NCBI GenBank assembly: GCA_963808625.1
Contig: CAWEHK010000018.1
Span: 96,001 to 160,000 of the forward strand
Reading direction: 5' to 3'
Source: an uncultured delta proteobacterium
Lineage (GTDB): Bacteria > Desulfobacterota > Syntrophobacteria > Syntrophobacterales > Syntrophobacteraceae
DNA length: 64,000 nt
How positions within the stretch are numbered: position 1 is the first letter of the stretch; each line of letters starts with the position of its first letter. The notes beneath the pieces were generated by a model that saw only the letters and a program-made list of their open reading frames with translations, did no database searches and was not told the origin of the DNA. Below, in pieces: positions 55,037 to 64,000 of this stretch. Position numbers and translations under genes: made by a program.

Positions 55037-57412
55037 TCAGAACAGGTCGGACTTGAAAAAGGATTCCGAAGCCGAGGCGGGGGTATAGGGTCTCCCCCCC
55101 ATTTCACCCTGCTGACCGGCTTCCGAAGGTGGCCCTCCTGAAAACGCTGCATAAACCCCGTTGGGATCATCGGCGCGTGTGACCATGCCGGAGTAGGAAT
55201 TCACTCTGGCAAACACCACCCCGGGGGGAATGGGAAAGCTTTCGAGGGGTTCATTTTTCAGCCATTCTTTCATGAAGTACAACCAGATCGGGCAGGCTGC
55301 CCGGCCTCCGGTTTCGCCCTTGCCCAGAGATAGCGTATGGTCGTCATAACCGACCCAGACCCCGGCGAGGGTCGAAGGAGTGTAGCCGACGAACCAGGCA
55401 TCTTTCATTTCGTTCGTGGTTCCTGTCTTTCCGGCTGCGGGTCGGCCGAGTTCCTTGGCTTTTTGACCGGTGCCTTCCTCGACCACGCCCTGGAGTAAAT
55501 TCGTCATGATGTAAGCCGTTTGCGGCGAAATCACACTCTCCCGCACCACCTGGTGCTCTTCCACCAAGCGACCTTTGCGATCAAGTATTTTTTCAATCAA
55601 ATAGGGCTGAACCCGTTCGCCCTGGTTGATGAAAGGCGTATAAGCGGTGATCAACTCCTCCAGGGTGACCCCTGAAGAACCCAGAGCGAGCGCCAGAGTA
55701 GGCGTTAAGGGGGACGTGACGCCCAGTTGTCTGGCGTAGTTTATGGCATAGTTGACGCCGATCTGCCCCAGGAGTTTCACAGTCACCACATTTCGGGAGT
55801 GGATCAAAGCCTTCCTGAAAAGAATCGGCCCCCAAAACTGCTGGTCGTAGTTGGCTGGTTTCCAGGGGCCTTTCAGGCTTCGATCATCCAACACGATCGG
55901 TGAATCGATGAGGATGGAAGCCTCCGTGAACCCTTTATCCAGAGCAGCAGCGTAAATAATCGGCTTGAAGGCGGAACCCGGCTGCCTGACCGCTTGCGTG
56001 GCACGATTGAACTGGCTCTTTTCGAAATCCCTGCCGCCAACCATACAAAGCACTCTGCCGGTTTCAGGGACCATCGCCATCAGCGCCCCTTCCATGCCCG
56101 GGTCCTGCTCCAAAACCGCCAGCCAGCTCTTATCATCCAGGAGCTTGTCGAGATGCACTCTGACGACATCTCCAACTCGAAACATCTTCGTCGCACGCTT
56201 GTCGGAAACCTGCGTCCATTGCCAACCCGACGGCGGCAGCTTGGCCGAAACGTCACCCAACCGAAGCAGGCATGTCTGGGTCTTGGGATCGTAGGCAGTC
56301 ACCAGGGCGGCAACGATTTTGCCCTGAGTCAGATCACCGTTTCTTTCCGTCAAGACTTTCAAAGTTGTCGGCCAGTCTTCTTTCGCTACGTTAAGATTGA
56401 CACCTCGATAACGACTGTGGCGTTTGTCCAGTTCCCTCAACCCGGCATCCAGGGCCTTTTGGGCTATTTCCTGAGCCCTGACATCCATGGTGGTATAAAT
56501 GGAGATGCCCTGTTTGTAGAGACCATCACGCCCATAGCGGGCTTCCACCTGGCGGCGGACTTCTTCGGTAAACGAGTTGAGTGCCTTCAGGGTCCAATGC
56601 TTCGGTTTGGCGAAATGCAGGGGCTGGGCAAGGGCTTTTCGCGCTTCCTCGGAAGTGAGGAATCCAACTTCCGCCATTCTCTTCAAAACATATTCCTGGC
56701 GATCTTTGGCCACAGAAAAGTTCTGAAGCGGCGAAAAGCGGCTCGGCGCCTTGGGCAGACCTGCCAGCATGGCACCCTCGGCAAGGCTCAGATCCCCAAC
56801 ATGCTTGTCGAAATAGGTCCGAGCGGCGGCTTCCACACCATAGGCGCCCGCCCCGAAATAGATCTGGTTCAGATAAAGGTAGAGAATCTCGTCCTTGCTC
56901 AACGAATGGTCGATCCGATAGGCGAGCGCGGCTTCCTTCAGCTTGCGCATCCAGGTCTTCTCGGGCGAGAGGAGCAGTGATTTAACCACCTGCTGCGTGA
57001 TGGTGCTCCCGCCCTGGACTATTTCCCCGGCTTCAAGATTCTTCAACGAGGCCCGGATGATTCCAAGCAGATCCACCCCTCCGTGCTCATAAAAGCGGGC
57101 GTCTTCCGAAGCGAGAAAAGCCTTCACAACGTAAGGAGGAACTTCCTGCAGCGGCACCAGGAAGCGACGCTCCGTATAGAATTCGCCGATCAATGACCCA
57201 TTGGCGGCGTAGACGCTGGAAACCAAAGGCGGATGGTAGTTCCTGAGTGACTGGGTGCTCGGGAGGGAGCGGTCCAGTTCGATGTAAAAAACTATAAGCG
57301 CAAGCCCGGCGGCAACCACCAAGCCCGTAACGAGAGTCAAAAAGCCAAATGCAAGCCAGCGTATGGGGCCCTTTTTCGCAGGCATCCTTTTGCGCGGTGA
57401 TGCACGTCTCAT
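55037..57412 (-). CDS. mrcA: Penicillin-binding protein 1A
   Basis: EDARF, GGSTITQQ, YLNQIYFG; SAFK, SRN, KTGT. Confidence 0.92.
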   Translation of the reverse strand: MRRASPRKRMPAKKGPIRWLAFGFLTLVTGLVVAAGLALIVFYIELDRSLPSTQSLRNYHPPLVSSVYAANGSLIGEFYTERRFLVPLQEVPPYVVKAFLASEDARFYEHGGVDLLGIIRASLKNLEAGEIVQGGSTITQQVVKSLLLSPEKTWMRKLKEAALAYRIDHSLSKDEILYLYLNQIYFGAGAYGVEAAARTYFDKHVGDLSLAEGAMLAGLPKAPSRFSPLQNFSVAKDRQEYVLKRMAEVGFLTSEEARKALAQPLHFAKPKHWTLKALNSFTEEVRRQVEARYGRDGLYKQGISIYTTMDVRAQEIAQKALDAGLRELDKRHSRYRGVNLNVAKEDWPTTLKVLTERNGDLTQGKIVAALVTAYDPKTQTCLLRLGDVSAKLPPSGWQWTQVSDKRATKMFRVGDVVRVHLDKLLDDKSWLAVLEQDPGMEGALMAMVPETGRVLCMVGGRDFEKSQFNRATQAVRQPGSAFKPIIYAAALDKGFTEASILIDSPIVLDDRSLKGPWKPANYDQQFWGPILFRKALIHSRNVVTVKLLGQIGVNYAINYARQLGVTSPLTPTLALALGSSGVTLEELITAYTPFINQGERVQPYLIEKILDRKGRLVEEHQVVRESVISPQTAYIMTNLLQGVVEEGTGQKAKELGRPAAGKTGTTNEMKDAWFVGYTPSTLAGVWVGYDDHTLSLGKGETGGRAACPIWLYFMKEWLKNEPLESFPIPPGVVFARVNSYSGMVTRADDPNGVYAAFSGGPPSEAGQQGEMGGRPYTPASASESFFKSDLF

Positions 57413-57783
57413 GAATGGCACCTCATGAGGAACGATACTATCAGAACTGCGGCAGCAGAGGTCGGAAATCCGAAATAACCGCTCCGACATGCGGAACCCC
57501 GAATCAGAGGAAAGTCCGGAGCAACCTCTGCTAGTCCTCGAATGCGGCTTCAATGCATATTCTCCCCGAATGAACAACGAATTATCACGCCTTTCCAGTC
57601 AAGATATCGACCAAAGACAAGAACCCGCCATGGCTTTGCGTCGGCCGGCCGTTCCCGTTAAAGGAACATGCTTAGAACCAACTCAACCCTATATATCTAC
57701 CATATTCTATATTCGAGGAAAAGCACCTGAATCTAATGAAACCTCGAGTACTCAGTGAGGAAACAGAGGGCAACGCCATTTTC

Positions 57784-57812
57784 TTGACATTCGAGGACGC
57801 GGTCTCTAGCAT
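57784..57812 (+). promoter_or_regulatory. Sigma70 promoter for the precursor-maturase operon
   Basis: TTGACA (57784-57789), 17 nt, TAGCAT (57807-57812); RBS GGAG at 57866-57869 before ATG 57877. Confidence 0.75.
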
Positions 57813-57876
57813 GATTTGCAGGCGGGGAGGATAGAATACGATTTGAGAAAAACCAGCTGACCGATGGAGCAAGAGC

Positions 57877-58191
57877 ATGGACACTAAGGAACTCAAGAAA
57901 GTTCTCGCCGGGTTGTGCTTTGCAACCCTGCTGTCCGGGGCCGGCCTTACCGCCGCAGGAGCAGCGAGCGGGTGAGGTGCAGGCCAGTCCGGCGCCGGCG
58001 GCGCCCAACCTCCCAAAAAAGAAGCTGGAAAAAGTGGGTGAGGAGGGACCCAACCCAGCGCAGTTAGCGTTGGAGAAAAAAGCAAAGAAGCGACTAAGGG
58101 TGACGGAAATGCCACCAGGTCCGGAACGGGTGGTGCAGAAGAGCAGAAGAAAGTCCCCGGCAAGAGCGGCTGAGGCGGGAGCAAGCAATAG
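57877..58191 (+). CDS. sbtA: SbtA-family (selenobiotic) RiPP precursor with three putative selenocysteines (U33, U55, U99)
   Basis: Hand translation MDTKELKKVLAGLCFATLLSGAGLTAAGAASG*GAGQSGAGGAQPPKKEAGKSG*GGTQPSAVSVGEKSKEATKGDGNATRSGTGGAEEQKKVPGKSG*GGSKQ-TAG. TGA at 57973, 58039 and 58171, all S-G-*-G; the leader matches the family; rSAM gene adjacent. Confidence 0.85.
57991..58005 (+). promoter_or_regulatory. Candidate SECIS for UGA 1
   Basis: GGCGCC-GGC-GGCGCC; loop begins 21 nt after the UGA. Confidence 0.5.
58055..58073 (+). promoter_or_regulatory. Candidate SECIS for UGA 2
   Basis: CCAGCGC-AGTTA-GCGTTGG; loop begins 20 nt after the UGA. Confidence 0.6.
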
Positions 58192-58212
58192 TGCAGGTTG
58201 CACTGGCCCCGC
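58175..58212 (+). promoter_or_regulatory. Candidate SECIS for UGA 3
   Basis: AGTGCA-GGT-TGCACT upper stem, loop 22 nt after the UGA; lower stem GCGGG/CCCGC; resembles the fdhF-type GCAGGU apex. Confidence 0.7.
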
Positions 58213-58341
58213 TTGTCAGGACATACCCTTCATTGCAGAAGAGAGCGAAGGTTACCGGTTTAACCGGGTGTTTCAGCACGATGTTTGTATTTTGGCCGTG
58301 TTCTATCCTCCCCCCGAATCAAACGACGAAAGCCTCGACCC

Positions 58342-59942
58342 GTGTATCAAGAGACTACGGATAGGATTGAAGCGATATATCCCGGATGCCGGCAGATTAT
58401 TCCATCCGACGCATGGGATCGTCTTGCAGGCGCCTGTGCCGCGGGCCGTGGACCGGAAGAACTGCCTCAGGTTTTGTCTCGGCAAGCGGATATGCTTTCC
58501 CTCCCCGGTTATTTGCCGGAGCTTGCGCTTCTGGAGTGGGCCCTCTTCCGAGTGAAAACCATTGAGCCCGATTACTCCCTGCCGGGCAATTCAATTGATA
58601 TCAACCCTTCTCTCCAGTTGCTCCGCTTCTCCTGGAAAAACCTGACGTTTCTGCTGACTGCCGCTGAGAATGACCCTTCTCCCCTCACGGAACCAGGTGA
58701 AGAATACGTGCTCGTCTGGCGGCATCCGAGAACCGTGAGGCCCTGGTCTGCCCTGCCACTCACGAAGATCTCCTGGTGCTCAAAATGGCGGCTGAGGAGA
58801 TCGATCCCAAACAGGTGGCCGCTGCCGGCAGGGTTACCCTTCATCAACTCGATTCAGCCATCGATCGAGCAGTGGGGAAGGGGTTGTTGATTGCCCCACC
58901 TTCGGGCATTCGGCGTGATCCCTCTTGTTTCCTTATGGATCATGAGATCGAGGAGGATTTCCTGTCGTCTCCCGTTTTCACCCTCCAATGGCATATCACC
59001 GGGGCTTGCGACCTTCACTGCAGGCACTGCTATGATCGGAGCGGCACGCATTCCCTCGAACCGGAACAAGCGCTGAAGGTCCTTGATGGACTCTCCGAAT
59101 TCTGCCGGAGCCGAAAGGTCAAGGGGCAAGTCTCCTTCACCGGCGGCAACCCCATGCTCTATCCCGCCTTCCTGGAGGTCTACCGGGCTGCCTCCGAGCG
59201 CGGCTTCGGCCTCGCCATCCTCGGCAATCCGGCGCCCCGGGAGCTGATCGAAGAACTGGTCGCCGTCGAGCCGCCCCTTTATTATCAGGTGAGCCTCGAA
59301 GGGCTGCGGGAACACAATGATTATATTCGCGGGCGCGGACATTTCGATCGCGTGCTTGAATTTCTCGAGGTGTTGCGCCATCTCGATATTTACTCAATGG
59401 TTATGCTCACGCTTACCAGGGACAACCTCTCTCAAGTGCTGCCTCTCGCTGAAATGCTTCGCGGCCACACTGACTTATTCACTTTTAACCGCCTCTCCCT
59501 GGTGGGCCGGGGCGCCGCCCTCAAACTCCCCTCCAAGAACGACTACAGGGTCTTTCTGGAGGCTTATTCGGAGGCTGCAGAGCGCAACTCCGTCTGCGCT
59601 TTGAAAGACAATCTGATCAACATTATCCATCACCAAAAGGGCTTGCCCGCCTTTGGCGGATGTACCGGCTATGGATGCGGAGCCGCCTTCAACTTCATTT
59701 CTCTTCTGGCGGATGGGAGCGTCCATGCCTGCCGCAAATTTCCGTCACCCATCGGAAACATCCTTCACACCAGTCTCGGGGAACTCTACGACTCCGAACC
59801 CGCCCGGCGCTACCGTTCCGGCTCCCGTGCCTGCCGGTCCTGTGCCATAAAGCCCGTATGCGGGGGCTGCCTGGCGATCGCTCACAGCTTCGGACTTGAC
59901 GTGTTTGAAGACCGCGACCCCTATTGCTTTATCGCGGAGTGA
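58342..59942 (+). CDS. sbtM: SbtM-family radical SAM/SPASM peptide maturase (frameshift near 58735; start uncertain)
   Basis: 'FTLQWHITGACDLHCRHCY' (CX3CX2C), TGGNP, QVSLEG; SPASM 'GGCTGYGCGAAFNF', 'HACRKF', 'CRSCAIKPVCGGCLA', 'DPYC'. One added G joins the N-terminal ORF (RTGEALVCPATHEDLLVLKM). Confidence 0.88.
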
Positions 59943-59997
59943 TCGGACTATAGCCTCCTGCAACCGCTCGGGAGCAGCAAGCCTTCTCGATCCTCAC

Positions 59998-61155
59998 TCA
60001 CGCAAAAAGGTCCTGTTTCTTCATGAGTTCTCGGAAGATGATCAGTTTCTGCACGTCCTGGGTGCCCTCGCCCAGCGATGCTGCCCAGGCATCCATGGGG
60101 TACTTATGGATAGGATGTTCGAAGATGACCGAGGCAGCACCAAAAAGGTCCGCAGCCCACACCCCGATCTCTCTTGCCGCCTCCACCGCAAGGTATTTCG
60201 CCACGGATGATTCCAGACGAAAGTCCAACCCCTGATCTTTAAGCCAGCAAGCCTTCCACAAGGTCAGCCCGGCGGCTTCGATCCTGCTGAAGAAGTGCGC
60301 AGCTTCGAACGATTTGGCCTGGAAATGGACTATGCTCTCATCGAACACCTTCCGCTTTCGAGCGTGTTCAAGGCCTTGTTCAAAAGCCCCCCTGGCCGTC
60401 CCCAACGTCAGTGCACTGATCGCGATCCGGCTGTGCGTGAAAATGTTCAGGACCTGCTGCAAGCCTTTGCCCCGTTCACCAACCAGGTTCTCATCGGGAA
60501 CATAGGCATCCTTGAAACGGAGCCGGGTAAGATCGGAAGGAATCCACACCCTTTTGTTAAGCTTCGTTCGGGAAATCCCCTGAGCCGACAGGTCCACCAG
60601 GAACATGGATAATCGCTGGTTTCTCGGGGCTTCCGGATCGGAAACGGCAGTAATGAGAGCCAAATCGCTGATGGTCCCATTAGTAACGTATGCTTTGGTT
60701 CCGTTCAGTAACCATCCGCCCTCAATGCGATCAGCCCTGGTCGCAATGCCGGCCACATCACTTCCGGCGGTGGGTTCCGTGTTGCCAAGGCACATCAGAG
60801 TTTCCCCGAGAATGGCCGCAGGCAGAATGCGGGCGGCTTGCTCGGCATTCCCGCACAGGTAAAGTCCTTTAACCCCGAGGGAGATCTGCACGGCAACGGC
60901 AACGGCAACCCCCGGCGACAGCCTTGCCAGACATTCCATCAGGACGGCCTGTTTCAAGGCGGATTCCTCCTGTATGCCCTCATCGCCGGCAACGAAACCC
61001 AGCCAGCCAGTCCCTCCCAGTTCCTGGAAGAAATCACCCGGAATGACCCCGTCTTCATACCATTGCGATAGCCGCGGCCGAAGACGCTTATCGAGAAAGG
61101 CCTGAAAACGATTCAGCTCTTCACTTATCTCTTGCGGCAAGGAAAAGTTCATCAC
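59998..61155 (-). CDS. Acyl-CoA dehydrogenase
   Basis: 'TEPTAGSD', 'LNGTKAYVTNG', 'GERGKG', 'GEGTQDVQ'. Confidence 0.9.
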   Translation of the reverse strand: MMNFSLPQEISEELNRFQAFLDKRLRPRLSQWYEDGVIPGDFFQELGGTGWLGFVAGDEGIQEESALKQAVLMECLARLSPGVAVAVAVQISLGVKGLYLCGNAEQAARILPAAILGETLMCLGNTEPTAGSDVAGIATRADRIEGGWLLNGTKAYVTNGTISDLALITAVSDPEAPRNQRLSMFLVDLSAQGISRTKLNKRVWIPSDLTRLRFKDAYVPDENLVGERGKGLQQVLNIFTHSRIAISALTLGTARGAFEQGLEHARKRKVFDESIVHFQAKSFEAAHFFSRIEAAGLTLWKACWLKDQGLDFRLESSVAKYLAVEAAREIGVWAADLFGAASVIFEHPIHKYPMDAWAASLGEGTQDVQKLIIFRELMKKQDLFA

Positions 61156-61243
61156 GCGACTCCTGTGTTAGAGTTCAGTGGGTGACTATCTCGAAACCCC
61201 TTTCAGCCGAGGAAATACTTCGTTTCAAGAAACCACGGCAACG

Positions 61244-61302
61244 GCGCAGAGGTCGCGGTGACAACAGGACCAAAGAGTTTTGCGTCCTCTGCCTCTCTGC
61301 GG
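61244..61302. repeat. Degenerate CGCAGAG/CTCTGCG inverted repeat
   Basis: GCGCAGAGGTCGCGG ... TTTGCGTCCTCTGCCTCTCTGCGG. Confidence 0.55.
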
Positions 61303-61337
61303 CACAAGAAGAACTCCTCCAACCAAAATCGGCACAA

Positions 61338-62603
61338 TTACTTCACCAGCAAGAGGCTCAGCGGAGGGAAGAAGGTGATGATCGCGAGAGCCACCAGGAG
61401 GATGGCAATGAAGGGAAGGGATGCGTAATAAAGATAGATAACCGATTTTTCGAACCTCAGGCTCGCAATGAGAAGGTCCATGCCGATCGGAGGAAGCGAA
61501 TAGCCGATTTGGAGGTTGGTGAGAAAGATGATCCCCAGGTGCAGCAGGTCCACTCCATAGCTCTTGGCAATGGGTACGATTAGAGGCACCACAATAACCA
61601 GGGCGGAGAAAATGTTGAGGACGCAGCCGACCCCGAGCAGGAACAGGTTCAAGATGAAGAGAAAAGCGACCTTGCTTTCGACGTGGGCGCGCATGAAGCT
61701 CAAAATCTTGTTCGGCACCTGCTGGTCGATCAGGAAGCTGTTGAAGGCAAGAGATGCGCCCAGAATCACCACAATGGCGCCCACCATCATTACCGTTTTC
61801 ATGATGGTGGACGGCAAATCCTTTATCTTGATTTCCCGGTGGATGGCCATCTCCACAAAGAGCACATAAATGGCCGTAATCGCTGCGGCTTCACTCAGTG
61901 CCAGGTAACCGCTGAAGATCCCGCCCAGGACTACCACGGGAAGAAGGATTTCCCAGAGGGCTTCGCGGAGGGCCGCGAGGATTTCGCGGAAACTGAAATT
62001 GTCATGGGCGCCGGTGGTTCCGCACCGAATGCCCTGGACCATGCCGTAGAGGGAAAGCAGAACCAGCATGAGCACACCGGGCAAAACCCCCGCCAGGAAA
62101 AGATCGGCGGTATTGATGTCGGCGACCATGGCATAGATGATCAGAGGAAGGCTGGGAGGGAAGAGCAGTCCGAGGCTTCCGCAGGTGGTCAGCAGCCCGA
62201 GGGAGAACTTTTCCGGGTACTTGTCGGCGATCAGTGCAGGCAGCATCAACCCGCCGAGGGCGACAATGGTAATTCCGGAAGCGCCGGTAAGCGCCGTAAA
62301 AAAAGAACAGGTGATGAGCGAGACGATGGCCAATCCTCCGGGCGCCCGCCCCATGATCGCCGCCGATAGCCTGACCAGCCTCCTGCTGGCCTGGCTTTCC
62401 CCGAGCACGTATCCGGCGAAGGCAAAAAGCAGGAGGGCAATCAGAATGGGACTGGCCGCCAGGCGGTACATTTCGATGATGACTGCGGAGAGGTCCACGC
62501 CCAGGGAATGCAGGCACAACAGGGCGCCGGCGGAGATCACCAGGAACAGCGGGGCCCCGGAAAAAGCCACCAGGATCAGCAAGACAGTCAGCAGCAGCGT
62601 CAT
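61338..62603 (-). CDS. dctM: TRAP transporter large permease
   Basis: 'TGASG', 'GSLGLLFPPS', 'LFLAGVLPG', 'PPIGMDL'. Confidence 0.9.
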   Translation of the reverse strand: MTLLLTVLLILVAFSGAPLFLVISAGALLCLHSLGVDLSAVIIEMYRLAASPILIALLLFAFAGYVLGESQASRRLVRLSAAIMGRAPGGLAIVSLITCSFFTALTGASGITIVALGGLMLPALIADKYPEKFSLGLLTTCGSLGLLFPPSLPLIIYAMVADINTADLFLAGVLPGVLMLVLLSLYGMVQGIRCGTTGAHDNFSFREILAALREALWEILLPVVVLGGIFSGYLALSEAAAITAIYVLFVEMAIHREIKIKDLPSTIMKTVMMVGAIVVILGASLAFNSFLIDQQVPNKILSFMRAHVESKVAFLFILNLFLLGVGCVLNIFSALVIVVPLIVPIAKSYGVDLLHLGIIFLTNLQIGYSLPPIGMDLLIASLRFEKSVIYLYYASLPFIAILLVALAIITFFPPLSLLLVK

Positions 62604-63109
62604 TCGCTCAGGTCACCATGGCCCATACTTAGCTTTCCAATGAACTGATAACCAAACCGTAACGTCATGAGCGCGAAACTGAGCGGAAAAACCGTCTCCA
62701 GCCACCAGTTGGGAATGCCAACGAAGGCCATGGTGCCCGAGCTCATTTCCATTTGGACAAAGATGAAGGAGGCATAAAGGAGCGTGGCGGAAACCAGCGT
62801 TGCGAAAAGGTTGCTGATAATACCGAGGGCTCGGGCGCTTGCAGCGGGCAGCAACTTCGGGAGGAGATCAATTTGGATATGCTTATTTTCAGCAGTGGCT
62901 CGCGCCGCCCCGAGCAAACTGACCCAGAGTACGATTTGCCGCAGCAAGGTATCACCCCAGATGACGCCGGTTGAAAAGAAATTGCGGAGGATGATTTGGA
63001 CCATCGAGAACAGGACTAGAAATATCACCAGCGAAGCGATCAACCCGTTTTCGAGCAGTCCGAACCAGCGGCTCAACTGCAATATGCTGTTTCGCAGGGA
63101 AGACTTCAT
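62600..63109 (-). CDS. dctQ: TRAP transporter small permease
   Basis: 4 TM; 'QIILRN', 'KHIQID'. Confidence 0.88.
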   Translation of the reverse strand: MKSSLRNSILQLSRWFGLLENGLIASLVIFLVLFSMVQIILRNFFSTGVIWGDTLLRQIVLWVSLLGAARATAENKHIQIDLLPKLLPAASARALGIISNLFATLVSATLLYASFIFVQMEMSSGTMAFVGIPNWWLETVFPLSFALMTLRFGYQFIGKLSMGHGDLSE

Positions 63110-64000
63110 TGTTTTTTGGGAGATCGCGCCCGGTATTCGGCAAGTTCGGCCTGGATCTTCTTATAGGTGGCCATAGGAAACTCCTTCGGGCCAATGTCAG
63201 CCATAGCCTTATCGGTGAGTTCCTTAAAATCCTTGATCTGGTTCGGGTCCGGAGTCACCTTCTTCACCCCCCGCTTAAAAATGATCTCGAGGGCATCGGT
63301 GTTATCTTTCCTGGTTTGCTCAACGACCCGCTGCAAATATCTGGCAGAGACTTTTCTCAGGGTCTCCTGAAGAGGAGCCGGGATTTTGGCAAGAAATTTT
63401 TTGTCCATCACCAGGACCCCGCCGACATAGGAAACCGGAGCGTCGGTAAGGTACTTGATCTGGGTGTACCACTGGGTGATCAGCGCATAGTAGGGTGAAT
63501 TGTACACCACTTCGAGGAGGTTGGTCTGGAGGGCCATGAGCACATCCGGAGCGTTAATGGCGACGGTGGAAACGCCGACCTTTTCCATGATCGCCTGCAG
63601 CATGGGGGCGTTGGACTTGCCCCAGACTTTCTTGCCCTTGATGTCGTTCAGGCCGGCAATAGGAGTTGTCGACATAAAATAGAGAAAGCCAAGCTCCGGC
63701 CAGCCCAGGATTTCAAAACCCTTCTCGGCAAACCCGCGCTTCAAGTCGGGTTCGAGCTTAGCCATGACATAGTCGACTTCCTGGTAATTGTCGAAAAGGA
63801 AAGGAACAAGGAGCGCACGCAGATCATGATTGACATCGGTGAGTCCGGACGCGGTGAAGGCTGCGCCGTGCACCATGCCAATGCGAAGCTTCCTCAGCAC
63901 ATCCTCTTCATCGCCCAGGACAAAGCCGGCGAAGAGTTTGAAGCCCACTTTGCCTTCGGTTTCCTTGAGCAGTTCCGCATTCATCTCATTGAAAATCTGC
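63106..64000 (-). CDS. dctP: TRAP substrate-binding protein (5' end outside the window)
   Basis: 'LGDEEDVLRKL', 'PFLFDN', 'DIKGKK', 'ALQT'; frame open to the window edge. Confidence 0.85.
   Translation of the reverse strand, partial: QIFNEMNAELLKETEGKVGFKLFAGFVLGDEEDVLRKLRIGMVHGAAFTASGLTDVNHDLRALLVPFLFDNYQEVDYVMAKLEPDLKRGFAEKGFEILGWPELGFLYFMSTTPIAGLNDIKGKKVWGKSNAPMLQAIMEKVGVSTVAINAPDVLMALQTNLLEVVYNSPYYALITQWYTQIKYLTDAPVSYVGGVLVMDKKFLAKIPAPLQETLRKVSARYLQRVVEQTRKDNTDALEIIFKRGVKKVTPDPNQIKDFKELTDKAMADIGPKEFPMATYKKIQAELAEYRARSPKKQ

Noticed and set aside
57507..57630. GAGGAAAGTCCGG resembles the RNase P RNA 5' signature, with a weak ACAAGAACCCG later
   Set aside because: The span is only about 120 nt, the other conserved RNase P regions are missing, and the motif sits inside a local CAGAGG/CCTCTG hairpin.
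57672..58555. Track ORFs 57672-58184(-), 57733-58203(-) and 57920-58555(+)
   Set aside because: Shadow frames of the sbtA precursor; promoter, RBS, leader and repeat selection all support the TGA-containing frame.
58730..58780. Programmed frameshift or a separate RRE gene in sbtM
   Set aside because: No slippery sequence; one added G restores a continuous protein, matching the window-wide indel pattern.

Overview
GC-rich bacterial chromosomal window. Gene content suggests an anaerobic deltaproteobacterium (Desulfobacterota/Syntrophobacterales-like); this is an inference. It has about 50 CDS. The left part (1-17 kb) is an accessory-looking membrane/sulfatase block with an anaerobic sulfatase maturase, a Cys-type sulfatase and an IS110 remnant. 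The rest holds housekeeping and metabolic genes (uup, tex, pyrF, serA, livKHMGF, cysK, DinG/YoaA, PBP1A, TRAP) and an ISAs1-like remnant. Ten otherwise intact genes carry about 14 single-base frameshifts, most likely assembly indel errors. No rRNA, tRNA or CRISPR array was seen. The standout is a gene missing from the ORF track at 57877-58191. It is a 104-codon precursor with three in-frame TGA codons, each in an S-G-TGA-G context and each followed by a SECIS-like hairpin. It has an internal 20-aa repeat conserved at the protein level and a clean sigma70 promoter, and it sits upstream of a radical SAM/SPASM maturase. This matches the SbtA/SbtM (selenobiotic, thio/seleno-oxazole) RiPP family, here apparently with a multi-core tri-selenocysteine precursor.
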